A DNA stretch of 64,000 bases from Candidatus Fermentibacteraceae bacterium (GCA_041750285.1 JBGSZS010000005.1:1-64000); one strand, 5' to 3'; numbered from the stretch's first letter, positions 29,225-39,469 are shown. Notes: generated by a model from the sequence alone, not told the origin. Numbers and translations are program-made.

Positions 29225-30915
29225 CCCTGTTTCTTCTGGCCACCGTCCCCGGCCTTCCGGACGCGGTCTACGTTCGGAACTCGGTCACAGTCCTCATCGA
29301 TTCGGTGTACACTGAAACCACCGAACTGGTAGTCGTTCCACTCAACGGCAGGGGAGTGGCAAGGTTCACCACGCTCTCCGTGCCTTTCCGAACGGGCTGG
29401 GAAACCGTTGAACTGCTGGAGGCCAGAACGGGGTTGTGGAGGAGCGGCAGACGGGGCTCCGACGCCGTGGTCACCGAACGGCCCCATCATGCCCTGGCGG
29501 GTCAGTCACGTCTCGAGTCTTCCATGAGGGAACTCGTCCTGACAATGCCAGGCCTCGAGACCGGCGACACGGTGGTGGTCCGGACCCGCCGCACCATCAG
29601 GAACCTCCCCCTCGCGGACTGCTACAGCTACAACTACAGCCCCTGGTGCCGGGACAGCGTGATCGCCGGCGAATTCACGGTCATAGACATGAGGGGTTCG
29701 GGGCTTTACGCGGAGTACTCACCCGAATTCGGCCCGCCCGACACCTCGGGCAGCACCATGAGGTGGCGAATCGGCCCCCTGAGCCCCATCGACCCGCACC
29801 CCCTGTCCTTCCTGGACAGGCCCTACGCAGCCGTTGCGTCGCATGACGCCCGGTCAGTCTCGCGCGAGCTCCACGCGGAACTGGATATCCCCTACGGCAC
29901 CGATTCCGTGATGCTTTCGGAGATGGCGGCGGTTATAGGCCCGACCCCGGATGAGATGCGTGACTGGATAGCCCGGAACGTAGAGTACACGGGCGCCGAC
30001 CTGGGGGACTGGCCCGGCTTCACCCCGAAACCCCCCCTCGAAACCCTTGAGGAACGGGCAGGTGTATGCCGTGACACGGCGGTGCTGCTCGTCAACCTGA
30101 TCCGCGCTGCGGGAGGTGAGGCCTGGCTTGCAATGCTCGACACCACCGGCGGCCTGCCCGGGCTGGTTGGAAGCAGGAGCTTCGATCACATGGTCGTCGC
30201 GATCCCCCAGGGGGAGGGCTTCAGAGTGCTCGACCCATCGGCGAGGGGTGTCGCGGACGGGCACAGCTACGGGCTCCGCGGCACCCGTTTCCTTCCCCTC
30301 ACTCCATGGGGCTCCTCACTGCAGACGATCCCCGTTGAGGGCTGGGAAGACACCCTCAAACTCGTTTTCACGGGAACACTCGGCGACGGCTCGATCTCCG
30401 GGACACTCCATGCCACGGCTTCGGGAGCCCCGGCAGAACTGCTTTTCACCATCATGGAAAGGTCGCACGAGTCCTACAGGAACACGCTGCTTTCAAGGTT
30501 CTTCGGAGCCGAAAGCCTCTCTGCGGTCTCGGGCACCGGTGACACGCTCGCCGTCACAGGGGAATGGAGCGCACCCGGGGGGGAGGGCGCAATCCTTCTT
30601 CCCGGTCTCAGGGACTTCTGCCTTCCCGGCACCAGGGCCGCCCATCTTCTGATCCCTGCATGCCCGGACGGGATAGAGCTTGACGCTCCCGCTTTCGAAA
30701 GCCTTGTCATGGTCCTGGCCCGAAACGGCAGGGAACTTGTCCCCCCGCTTCCGGTGACCGCCGAAGGCTATTCGTGCAGCATCACCCTGCACGGCGACAC
30801 TCTCTTCCTGCGGGAAACCGCCCGCATCCTGCCGCTCCGTCCCGAACCCGAGCGCATCCTCCCGACCCTGCTCATTCGTTCGGGCTCTTCAGCGAGAACG
30901 GTTCTGACGCCATGA
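29206..30915 (+). CDS. DUF3857 + transglutaminase-like protein
   Basis: MPGLETGD (DUF3857-like); putative triad GVCRD / FDHM / LDP. Confidence 0.8.
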   Translation: MPQAVLTLFLLATVPGLPDAVYVRNSVTVLIDSVYTETTELVVVPLNGRGVARFTTLSVPFRTGWETVELLEARTGLWRSGRRGSDAVVTERPHHALAGQSRLESSMRELVLTMPGLETGDTVVVRTRRTIRNLPLADCYSYNYSPWCRDSVIAGEFTVIDMRGSGLYAEYSPEFGPPDTSGSTMRWRIGPLSPIDPHPLSFLDRPYAAVASHDARSVSRELHAELDIPYGTDSVMLSEMAAVIGPTPDEMRDWIARNVEYTGADLGDWPGFTPKPPLETLEERAGVCRDTAVLLVNLIRAAGGEAWLAMLDTTGGLPGLVGSRSFDHMVVAIPQGEGFRVLDPSARGVADGHSYGLRGTRFLPLTPWGSSLQTIPVEGWEDTLKLVFTGTLGDGSISGTLHATASGAPAELLFTIMERSHESYRNTLLSRFFGAESLSAVSGTGDTLAVTGEWSAPGGEGAILLPGLRDFCLPGTRAAHLLIPACPDGIELDAPAFESLVMVLARNGRELVPPLPVTAEGYSCSITLHGDTLFLRETARILPLRPEPERILPTLLIRSGSSARTVLTP

Positions 30916-32312
30916 CCGCCGGCATTTTCCTCTTCGTCGCGGCCACGCTCTCACGAACCGTCTTCCTCGACATCGGGCTCTTCAGGGAACAGGGACTGAC
31001 CCGGGCCGTCTTCACGGTGACCGGTTTGCAGGGCGACGACATGAGGTTCTCAAGGGTTTCACAGGATTACGACCCCGAGTACATGTCCGTGAGCTTCCTC
31101 GGCGCGAGCAGCGCGGTTCCCGCATGGGGCGTGGACACCCTGACCGGCTCGGGCGGCTGGCCCAGGACACTCATGGTGGCCATGCCCGGCATCGCACCGG
31201 GCACGGAGGTGACGTGGTCATTCAGCGCCGAAGAGTTCGGTTCAAACGCGGGAAAGGGATTCTGGTGGAACTGGAGGGGAACGCCCGGGCCCGATTCGGT
31301 GAGGGTCTCGGTGCATGCCTCACAGGAGTACCTGGTTCATCTCCGGGGCTTCACCGAGACTGCGCCCGGCGTTTTCGTCTCAAACTCTGAGGACATCCGG
31401 GCCATATGGTTCGGATCGCCATCGAACTGGCGCGAGACGGGGGAGATGGTAATGGGAGAAGCCCTTGCCGTTCTTTCCCCGGGCGCCAGCTTTCCGCCGG
31501 ACCTGACCGAAGCGGTGATCCAGGCCGGAGCCGCAGGAGCCTCGGCCGAACTTTTCCTGGGAAGGGCGAGGACCCTGATCTCCGACAACTTCCGTGTCAT
31601 ATCGCCAAGGGGTGAGGCCGCTCTCAGGGTGAGGCCGCTCCAGTCCATACTCGACACAAGGTATGCCACACCGCTTGAAACCGCCCTGCTTTTCTGCGCA
31701 ATGGCAAGACGGGCAGGACATCAGGCCCGTCTCGCCGCGGCCCGCAGCGACCTTCCGCCGTTCCCGTACCCGATCGGCTGGAACAGGTTCCTGGTCAGGG
31801 TAGACACCCCGGACGGCGCCCTGTGGTTCGAGCCTTCAGCACCTCTTTCGCCGGCCGGCTACGTCGAATCATCCGACACCCTGTTCGTTCTGGTCGAGGG
31901 GATGGACCAGATCCTCAGGATCGATCCAAACAGGGGAACAGGAAATCTCTGCCGCGAAAACTGGACCCTGAACCCCGAGGCGGGAACCTTCCGCCTTGTT
32001 CTCGACTGCAGGGGAGGTTTCGACAGGGAGCTCAGGGAAAGGCTCGGCGGAATGCCCTCACAGGATGCCGTTCTCGCGCTCTCCGAATGGTTCAGGGGCT
32101 CCGGGATACACCTTTTTCCTACGTCCTGCGCCACATCGGACCTTTTCGATCTGGCGACACCGGCCACACTCGAGGTGAACGGTGTGTTTGCGGTCTCACC
32201 ATCGCCCGTTTACGAGAGGGTGCCCGAGCTCTCCTGGCAAAGCCGGGGTGAGAGGGTTGTCGAGGTGAACGGCTCACCGGTTCAGGGAAAGGACCTACTG
32301 AGGATTGAGTAG
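30912..32312 (+). CDS. DUF3857/transglutaminase-like paralog lacking catalytic residues
   Basis: MPGIAPG; PLQSILDTRYATPLETALL (no Cys), WNRFLV (no His), WFEP; ATGA-coupled. Confidence 0.6.
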   Translation: MTAGIFLFVAATLSRTVFLDIGLFREQGLTRAVFTVTGLQGDDMRFSRVSQDYDPEYMSVSFLGASSAVPAWGVDTLTGSGGWPRTLMVAMPGIAPGTEVTWSFSAEEFGSNAGKGFWWNWRGTPGPDSVRVSVHASQEYLVHLRGFTETAPGVFVSNSEDIRAIWFGSPSNWRETGEMVMGEALAVLSPGASFPPDLTEAVIQAGAAGASAELFLGRARTLISDNFRVISPRGEAALRVRPLQSILDTRYATPLETALLFCAMARRAGHQARLAAARSDLPPFPYPIGWNRFLVRVDTPDGALWFEPSAPLSPAGYVESSDTLFVLVEGMDQILRIDPNRGTGNLCRENWTLNPEAGTFRLVLDCRGGFDRELRERLGGMPSQDAVLALSEWFRGSGIHLFPTSCATSDLFDLATPATLEVNGVFAVSPSPVYERVPELSWQSRGERVVEVNGSPVQGKDLLRIE

Positions 32313-33714
32313 GCTAACTGCGGTCCTGCTTGTCGTCATTGCCGGAGCCACCGCGAGGATGGTCCTTTACCGGGCCAATGCGCCCCTCTTCGCCCATCCC
32401 CAGGTTGATGAGCTCGAATACCTCGAACCGCCTTCCACGCCGTTCGAAAGGCCTCCCGGAACGTACTTCGCAGCGGGGCTTCCCTCCGCCAGGGTCGTCA
32501 TGTCGGTCTTTTCACTCCTTCCCGCGCTGTTCTTCCTTCTCGCGCTTCCCCGTTCAGGAAAAAACCTCGTTCTGTCACTGTTTCTGGCAATCGAGCCGAC
32601 CCTTGCCCTCAGCGGCATCCAGTTGCTCCCCGAAGCTCCGGCGGCCGCCCTCACAGCCCTCTTTCTGATGTTCGTGCACCGTGGCGCCAACAGGATGGGC
32701 GGCTTCGTCCTGGGCGCTGCGGCGCTCTTTCGGGGCGAACTCCTTCTCCTGCTCCCGCTGCTGCCGGTCCTGGGGAGAAGGGGGAGGACAATGGCCCTTT
32801 TCGCCCTGGCCGCCGTGGTTCCCGTCGCGGCGGTGAACGTGGCCTCGGGCGGCCCTCCTTCCGTGGCTTCCACGGGAGGGGTGAACCTGTGGATAGGCTC
32901 GGACTGGAACCTTCTTTCGACTCCCCCGGGAGTGGAGTTCGAACAGCTCATGGAGGTGCAGCCGGGACGCACGTTCACGGAAAGGGCCGTGTCAATGATC
33001 GGGGAAGACCCGGCGGGATGGGTTTTCAGAGGGGCGGTGAAGACCCTTGCCTTCTTCACTCTTCCGGGTCCCGGGCGCAACATCGACTCGGGCGAAGCCA
33101 TGAAGCCGTTGATCCCCCTTCTCGCCGTGACCGCAATTTTTCTGGCGGGTGCCGCGGGGATGCGCAGGGATCCGGCATCCGTGCTCATGGCAGCCGGAGT
33201 TCTGAGCGCCTTTCTCTTCTTCCCGTCCGTACGCTACAGGGCGGTCTTCCTTCCAGCATTCGCACTGAACGCCTTCTCCCTTTCCTGGAAGAGGCTGATC
33301 CCCGGAGTATCGGCCGTTCTGGCTCTGAGCATCCTCCTTCCGTACCCCGGCCATGTCAGACCCGGGCTCAACGCTCTGCTGACAGCCCAGAACGCACTCC
33401 GGGAAAACGATGCCGCGGGGTGCCTCTCCATGCTCGATGAAGCAGGGCGGCAGGGCTTCGAAGGAGCGGACATCCACAACATCAGGGCATCCGCCATGGC
33501 CATCGGGGGCGCGGATTTCACCCGGGTCCTCACTGAATTCGGCAAGGCGCTGGAAGCCGCGCCCCGTTCACCGACGGTCTGGCGGAACATGGCGGTCTTC
33601 CTGTGGAACTACGGCAGGACTCAGCATGCCATCGAGGCCGCCCGAACCGCCGTGCGCCTGAATCCGGGGCTTGAAGCCGAGCTTTCGGAAATACTGGCTT
33701 TCAGGACGGAATAG
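32305..33714 (+). CDS. polytopic membrane protein, GT-C (GT39/ArnT-like) with C-terminal TPRs
   Basis: VDELEY after first TM, RPPG, GGVNLWIG, RYR; TPR-like tail (FGKALEAAP, AVRLNP). Confidence 0.65.
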   Translation: MSRLTAVLLVVIAGATARMVLYRANAPLFAHPQVDELEYLEPPSTPFERPPGTYFAAGLPSARVVMSVFSLLPALFFLLALPRSGKNLVLSLFLAIEPTLALSGIQLLPEAPAAALTALFLMFVHRGANRMGGFVLGAAALFRGELLLLLPLLPVLGRRGRTMALFALAAVVPVAAVNVASGGPPSVASTGGVNLWIGSDWNLLSTPPGVEFEQLMEVQPGRTFTERAVSMIGEDPAGWVFRGAVKTLAFFTLPGPGRNIDSGEAMKPLIPLLAVTAIFLAGAAGMRRDPASVLMAAGVLSAFLFFPSVRYRAVFLPAFALNAFSLSWKRLIPGVSAVLALSILLPYPGHVRPGLNALLTAQNALRENDAAGCLSMLDEAGRQGFEGADIHNIRASAMAIGGADFTRVLTEFGKALEAAPRSPTVWRNMAVFLWNYGRTQHAIEAARTAVRLNPGLEAELSEILAFRTE

Positions 33715-33760
33715 TCCGGACCCCCTGTTTGTAGAACCTTCGAACGGCATCTGAAGGGAG

Positions 33761-34984
33761 ATGAAAATGGTTTCCACAGTGGTTCTGATCCTCATGGCAA
33801 TGATGAAAAGCTCCGAGAGTTACGACGCGGTTGTCGAGCGGGTCTCGGAGATGACCTGGGACGGCGAACTGGCACGTGTCTGCGAAAGGTACGGTCTCAA
33901 CGTGGTGAACGTGACCTGGGAGGACACCGGGAGGTACGCCGGTTCCTGCTGGGGCCCCAACATCTCGGACCTGACCATACAGGTCCAGCACGGAACCGCC
34001 CGCGAGAGGGTCTGCACACCCATGCCTGTCATAAGGTACCCGAACTTCCACGACCTTTCCGCCGACCTCGACCCCGAATACTTCTACCTTCTCGTGGGGA
34101 ACGAGCAGGGTGACGAGGAACTCACTCCGGTGAGCCTCAGCGATTACGTGTGGGGCCTTCGCGACTACATGCACGACCCTTCGGACTGGCCGGGCAGGAG
34201 GCAGGGGCTGTGGGCCCCGCGTGACAGCGTCGTCCTTGTCAGCGCGCAGGCGGTGTTCCTTCCCATTCCCGACAACGGCGAGGCCACGTTCAACCCTGTT
34301 CTGTACAACTACCAGTCCTACGAGGGCGACCCCGCCGTACTGGCCATAGTTGCCACCCGCGAGGGGACGAGCGCGGCGATCATAGACAACTCGAGCGAGT
34401 ACGCCCCCGAGGGTTCGTGGGGGTGGGGCCAGCAGCTCTTCTTCAACGCCGACGGCCAGCGTGCCAGCTTCACCGGGACCAGGCTGAGCGACTTCATGGA
34501 GGACGGCGGATCGCAGGACGGCCAGTCCGTTGCCGCCGCGGGCGAGGAGGGGCTGAACATGGTCCTTCTCATCCAGATACCCCTGCGCCAGAAGGAGAGA
34601 AGGAACACCGGCTTCGACGATTTGTGCTACGACATGTGCATGCCAGCCAGCGCCTGCGAGCAGTCTGCAGACGGTGTCGAGGCCGCGGTAGTCGGTCACG
34701 GTGAGCTCGAGGGACCCTACCGCGAGATAGGGGGCTACAGGATGGTTCGTGACGACAGGTTCCCCATCCGCGTCACGGTTCAGTTCTACAAGGCCACCTC
34801 CGACGGCGCAGCCACCCCCGACGACATCCGCCAGATAGCCGAACAGATCACCAGGGTCTACGAGGACGCCAGCTACGTGGGCAGCCTGGTGGTGCCGGAA
34901 GAGAAGTTCGACCGCCCCACGGGGTGGAACGATGAGGACGTCGAAGTGAGCCTCAGGAAAAGGGTTCCCTGGCTCTACTGGTAG
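33761..34984 (+). CDS. uncharacterised secreted protein (WEDTGR...CWGPNISD motif)
   Basis: 407-aa ORF with RBS GAAGGGAG, hydrophobic N-terminus and strongly C/G-ending codons; no function recognised. Confidence 0.75.
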   Translation: MKMVSTVVLILMAMMKSSESYDAVVERVSEMTWDGELARVCERYGLNVVNVTWEDTGRYAGSCWGPNISDLTIQVQHGTARERVCTPMPVIRYPNFHDLSADLDPEYFYLLVGNEQGDEELTPVSLSDYVWGLRDYMHDPSDWPGRRQGLWAPRDSVVLVSAQAVFLPIPDNGEATFNPVLYNYQSYEGDPAVLAIVATREGTSAAIIDNSSEYAPEGSWGWGQQLFFNADGQRASFTGTRLSDFMEDGGSQDGQSVAAAGEEGLNMVLLIQIPLRQKERRNTGFDDLCYDMCMPASACEQSADGVEAAVVGHGELEGPYREIGGYRMVRDDRFPIRVTVQFYKATSDGAATPDDIRQIAEQITRVYEDASYVGSLVVPEEKFDRPTGWNDEDVEVSLRKRVPWLYW

Positions 34985-35007
34985 CTTTCCCGTTCCGCGA
35001 GGTTTTC

Positions 35008-35061
35008 GGACGCCCCCGTCATTGAGTATCATCACGGGTACCCAGCATGACGGGGGCGTTC
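35008..35061. repeat. long intergenic inverted repeat / stem-loop
   Basis: Perfect 13-bp arms ACGCCCCCGTCAT (35010-35022) / ATGACGGGGGCGT (35047-35059), plus imperfect inner stem TGAGTATC/GGTACCCA. Confidence 0.8.
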
Positions 35062-35068
35062 CTGACAT

Positions 35069-36703
35069 ATGGCTTCACCGGTATCCGAAACGGGCGAAAA
35101 TGCTACCCTTGGCACCCCTTTTCAGGAGGGGAGAAGCGTCGCGCGTGCGACCGGGGTCCTCGGGGGGCTCACTGTCGCCAGCAGGCTCCTTGGTCTCGCG
35201 CGTGACATAGCCCAGGCCGCCATCCTCGGAACCGGCATGGCGGCGGACGCCTTCACACTGGCGTTCATCATCCCCAACATCCTGCGCAGGCTTTTCGGCG
35301 AGTCCACGGTTTCCGCGGCGTTCGTCCCCTCCTACACCGAGACCCTCGTGCGCGACACCCCTGAAGACGCACGAAGGCTTGCCCGGAGAACCCTCACCTT
35401 CACATGGTCGGTCCTTCTTGTCATCGTTCTGATCGGCATGCTCATCGCACCGATCCTGGTCGGGGTTTTCGCACCGGGTTTCTCGGAGATACCCGGCAAG
35501 GCCGAGCTTGCCGCGGGACTCCTCCGCCTTCTCTTCCCATACATCCTCTTCGTGGGCACCGCAGCAGTGTGCATGGGGGTCCTGAACAGCCACAGGCACT
35601 TCGCGGCTCCGGCCCTTTCTCCCGTATTCTTCAACATCGCGGCCCTGGCGGGGCTTTTCATCCTTGCCAGGTACTGGCGTGCCGACGCCCCGGTATGGGG
35701 CTTCTCCGTCGGCATCCTCGCGGGCGGTCTCCTTCAGCTCGGGGTTCAGCTTCCCTTCATGAAGGCCAGGGGCGTCTCCATGAGGCCCGATTTCCACTTC
35801 GGCGACCCGGTGCTCAGGCGCGTTCTCAGGCTTGCCTTTCCCGCCCTGATAGGTCTGCTGGCTGCCGAGGTGAACATCATGGTCGACCAGCTCGTGGCAT
35901 CCCTGCTCGCACCTGGAAGCGTTGCCGCCCTGGCCTACGGTCAGCGGGTGACACAGGTTCCGCAGGGCATCTTCGCGATCGCACTTGCAACGGCGCTGCT
36001 TCCGACCCTCAGCCGCCAGACCGCCCTGGGCCGGCTGGACGACGCGGGCAAGACCCTCGGCTTCTCCACCCTTGCCCTCTTCGGGGTGATGATACCCGCC
36101 TCGCTGTTCATGGTCATCATGGCCGAGCCCATAGTGCTGACGGTTTTCGCAAGGGGCGCCTTCAGCCTGCGCTCAGTCGCCATGACGGCGGCTTCGCTCA
36201 GGTTCTACTCACTGGGAATGGTTTTCTTCTCGGCGGTCAGGATAACCGCCCCCGTCTTCTATTCGCTGAAGGACACACGCACACCGGTAAGGGCGTCGAT
36301 CGTCTGCATGGCCCTGAACGTAGTCCTCAACGGGCTCTTCACACTGTTCTTCCTCCGCACCGGGTGGGCTGAACCGCTTGCGGGTCTTGCTCTTGCAAGC
36401 AGTGCAGCCAGCCTTGTCAATTTCCTGCTCCTCAGGCACTGGCTAAGGGGAAGGATAGGACCCACGACGGTTCCGGTTCGCGGATGGGCAGCCCTTGCAG
36501 CTTCGGGAAGCGCCGCTGCACTGCTGCTTCTCTTTATGAGGGGACCCGTCGACTCCATGACCTCCATGGGCGCCCTTCAGGGTGCGGCCGCACTGCTTGC
36601 CGGCGGCATCCTGGTCTGCGCCGTCTCGATCGGCGTGTTCATCCTCTTCGGGGGCAGAGAGGTCAGGGCAACCCTGGCCAGGTTCACCCGCCGTGTCCGG
36701 TGA
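35069..36703 (+). CDS. murJ: lipid II flippase MurJ
   Basis: SRLLGLARD, ADAF..AF.IPN.LRRLFGE, LLPTLSR, FYSLKDTRTP. Confidence 0.95.
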   Translation: MASPVSETGENATLGTPFQEGRSVARATGVLGGLTVASRLLGLARDIAQAAILGTGMAADAFTLAFIIPNILRRLFGESTVSAAFVPSYTETLVRDTPEDARRLARRTLTFTWSVLLVIVLIGMLIAPILVGVFAPGFSEIPGKAELAAGLLRLLFPYILFVGTAAVCMGVLNSHRHFAAPALSPVFFNIAALAGLFILARYWRADAPVWGFSVGILAGGLLQLGVQLPFMKARGVSMRPDFHFGDPVLRRVLRLAFPALIGLLAAEVNIMVDQLVASLLAPGSVAALAYGQRVTQVPQGIFAIALATALLPTLSRQTALGRLDDAGKTLGFSTLALFGVMIPASLFMVIMAEPIVLTVFARGAFSLRSVAMTAASLRFYSLGMVFFSAVRITAPVFYSLKDTRTPVRASIVCMALNVVLNGLFTLFFLRTGWAEPLAGLALASSAASLVNFLLLRHWLRGRIGPTTVPVRGWAALAASGSAAALLLLFMRGPVDSMTSMGALQGAAALLAGGILVCAVSIGVFILFGGREVRATLARFTRRVR

Positions 36704-38492
36704 CAGCCTCAAAACACTGACCGGAGGCGCCCCCGCCCTTCCGGGAGTGTACAGGTTCCTGGGGGATGGGGGGAAGGTTCTTTACATCGGCAAGGCCCGG
36801 AACATAAGGGCAAGGCTTCAGGGGCATCTTGCAAACCCCGGCGACAGAAGGCACCGCCTCATCCTTGAAAAGGCCCGGAGCATCGACTGGACCGTAACGG
36901 GAAGCGAACTCGACGCCCTGGTTCTCGAGGCCGACCTGATAAGGCTCCACAAACCGCCCATGAACGTCGACCTCCGGGGAACCAGCTACTTCCCCTGGCT
37001 GATGGTGACCACGGATGAGGAGTTCCCCCGCATAATAATCACCAGAAACCCCGACAGAAGCCGGAACATTCCCCGTTTCGGCCCCTACCCCGACGCTTCC
37101 AACATGCGCAGGCTCCTCTCATTCCTGCTGGACATGCACCCGCTCCGCCGCTGCTCCCCGAGCCGCCTTGCCCCAAGGCGCAGGCCGTGTCTGATGGGCC
37201 AGATGAACAGGTGCCCCGCGCCGTGCACGGGGGCGGACCCCGAAGCGTATCACGAGTCCGTGAAGGCGCTTCTTCGGATACTTGGCGGCAGGTGGGAGGA
37301 AGCCAGGGAATCCATCCGCGCCGGCATGAGGAAGGCGAGTGAAGAACTCCGCTTCGAGGATGCCGCCCGCTGCCGCGACCTTCTTCTGCGCCTCGACTCG
37401 TTCGGGTGGCCCGCCCCCGAATCCGCGGCGGACATGGTCTCCCGCGACGTATTCGCGGTCAGGGACAACTGGGGCATCGTGGTGCAGGTCAGGGGAGGGC
37501 GTTTCATGGGAACACTGAGGCTGCCCTTCGGATCATCCTGGAAACTGGCCGAGGCCGGGGAAAGGCTGTCCCTGCTCATCCGCAGCTACTACTCGGAAAC
37601 GGGAGACATCCCCAGAGAGATACTGTGCGCCACCGAACCGGATGACGCCGGGGTCCTCGGGAACTGGCTGAGGTCGCGCAGGGAGGCTCCGGTTACAGTG
37701 AGGGTCTCGAGGACAGGTGCATTGAGGCAGCTCCTGGACGTTGCCGAACGCGACCTTTCGCACTTCCTGGCCCGGCTGGCCTGGAGACGGCCCGCCGGAG
37801 GGGCGGAGCGCAGAAAGGCTGCGCTCGAGGCCGTTGCCGACGTGCTGGCCCTCGGGGCTCCGCCGGCCTGGATGGTCTGCCTCGACGCCTCAACCCATCA
37901 CGGTTCCAACGCGGTGGCTGCCCTGGTGAGTTTCAGGGACGGCCTGCCCGACCGGAACGGGTACCGCAGGTTTTCCATGCCTGAAGAGCTTTGCAGGAAC
38001 GATCCCGCAATGATCGGAGATGCGGTGAGGAGGTTCATCGCCCACCTGGAGGGGCCCGGGCCCGACCTTCTCCTCGTCGACGGCGGGATAACACAGCTCC
38101 GGGCCGCATGGGAAGCGGGTCGTGAAGCTCTGCCCGAAACCCGTTTCGCGGCACTGGCCAAGAGGGACGAAGAGATCCTGGCCGAACCCGAGGAGAAGAT
38201 CATCTCCCTTCCGCCTGATTCTCCACCCGTCCTGCTGCTAAGGGCGATCCGCGACGAGGCCCACAGGTTCGTGATACACTTCCACAGGACACGGAGGCTG
38301 AGGGAGGCGACCCACTCGACGCTCGACGACATCCCGGGCATAGGTCCCTCCCTGAAGGCCGCTCTTCTGAAGGCGTTCGGCAGCGTGGACAGGATGGCTG
38401 CGGCCGACGAGGCAGCCCTCTGCGCGGTTCCCGGGATCGGCCGTGAAAAGGCCGCGCGCATACTGAGGGCCCTGAAGGAAACGTCTTGCTGA
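36693..38492 (+). CDS. uvrC: excinuclease ABC subunit C
   Basis: PGVYRF, LYIGKA (GIY-YIG), Cys cluster, FEDAARCRD, LVDGG, IRDEAHRF, HhH IPGIG; GTG start inferred. Confidence 0.93.
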   Translation: MSGDSLKTLTGGAPALPGVYRFLGDGGKVLYIGKARNIRARLQGHLANPGDRRHRLILEKARSIDWTVTGSELDALVLEADLIRLHKPPMNVDLRGTSYFPWLMVTTDEEFPRIIITRNPDRSRNIPRFGPYPDASNMRRLLSFLLDMHPLRRCSPSRLAPRRRPCLMGQMNRCPAPCTGADPEAYHESVKALLRILGGRWEEARESIRAGMRKASEELRFEDAARCRDLLLRLDSFGWPAPESAADMVSRDVFAVRDNWGIVVQVRGGRFMGTLRLPFGSSWKLAEAGERLSLLIRSYYSETGDIPREILCATEPDDAGVLGNWLRSRREAPVTVRVSRTGALRQLLDVAERDLSHFLARLAWRRPAGGAERRKAALEAVADVLALGAPPAWMVCLDASTHHGSNAVAALVSFRDGLPDRNGYRRFSMPEELCRNDPAMIGDAVRRFIAHLEGPGPDLLLVDGGITQLRAAWEAGREALPETRFAALAKRDEEILAEPEEKIISLPPDSPPVLLLRAIRDEAHRFVIHFHRTRRLREATHSTLDDIPGIGPSLKAALLKAFGSVDRMAAADEAALCAVPGIGREKAARILRALKETSC

Positions 38493-39436
38493 TCCTCGCA
38501 CTGATCACCACACTTGCGATTCCCGACATCTCCGGGACGGCAGTCTTCCTCGCCGACCTCGAACCCGGCATTCCCATGCCTGCGGTCATGTTCGATGCAC
38601 CTTTCTCCTGGGACCCGCCCGTGTCCGGCGGACTCTTCTTCCGGGCGGGGATGGAGGCGGGCATCCGTGAGAGCTTTCACTGCAGGGGAAACGGCGTCAC
38701 GGCTGGACGCAGCTTCTTCTCGGCAGGGTGGTTCAGCCCCGAGGGCTGGGCATACCGAACCGGGTCGGGCGGCCTCTTCAGGTTCACCGCAGCAGGAGAG
38801 AATTTCGCATCCACCGGCCTCATCCTTCTCGAAAGCGCCGACGGCAGCCTTGGAATGGGTTTTAAGAGAGACTCCGCCGGCACCTCTCCCGTGGCGCTCT
38901 GGGAAACTCCCGCAGTCACGGCCGCCGCCGGCTCCCGGGGGGCGGGCATGGGATTCGCCATCAGCCTGACTCCCTGGCTCGCCCTGGGTCCGGCGGTAAC
39001 GGATGAAGGCCCCTGGGTGAAATCATCCATCAGTCTCGGACCCCTCCAGGTCCAGTCCGGCCCGGGAACGGACAGGTCCGGCGCTGTCGGGGGAATGGCC
39101 CGTGCGGCTCTCCGGGGGCGCAACTGGCTTCTTGCAGCATTCTACAACGGCGACTCACTGGTCTGCGGGGGTACGGCAGTCCCCCTTGAGAACTTCTTCC
39201 TCGGCGCCACATTCCCCGGACCCGGCGTCAGCGCGGGTCTGACGCTGGGAGGGCTTGCCCTTTCCGGTTCCACCCTGGGAGGGGAGGAGTGGAGCGCCGG
39301 GGCGGCCCTGACCCTTTCGTTTGGCACCCTTTCGGTCTTCGGGCTCTTCGGGGACGAATGGGAGGCCGGTGCAGGCATCGAACTCGGAAAGGGCGGGGAC
39401 TTCGGCGGGCAGCCTGGGCTTGGGACGCGCCGTTAG
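38486..39436 (+). CDS. hypothetical Gly-rich exported/outer-membrane beta protein
   Basis: Signal-like N-terminus; alternating beta-strand pattern. Confidence 0.5.
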   Translation: MLILALITTLAIPDISGTAVFLADLEPGIPMPAVMFDAPFSWDPPVSGGLFFRAGMEAGIRESFHCRGNGVTAGRSFFSAGWFSPEGWAYRTGSGGLFRFTAAGENFASTGLILLESADGSLGMGFKRDSAGTSPVALWETPAVTAAAGSRGAGMGFAISLTPWLALGPAVTDEGPWVKSSISLGPLQVQSGPGTDRSGAVGGMARAALRGRNWLLAAFYNGDSLVCGGTAVPLENFFLGATFPGPGVSAGLTLGGLALSGSTLGGEEWSAGAALTLSFGTLSVFGLFGDEWEAGAGIELGKGGDFGGQPGLGTRR

Positions 39437-39469
39437 TATATTCGTGCGTTAACAACAGCGCCTGTCAGT

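Noticed and set aside
33701..35068. 455-aa antisense ORF, and similar long shadow ORFs opposite rpsA, nadB and mutL
   Set aside because: These mirror genes with strong C/G third-position bias and carry no recognisable motifs; they are expected artefacts.
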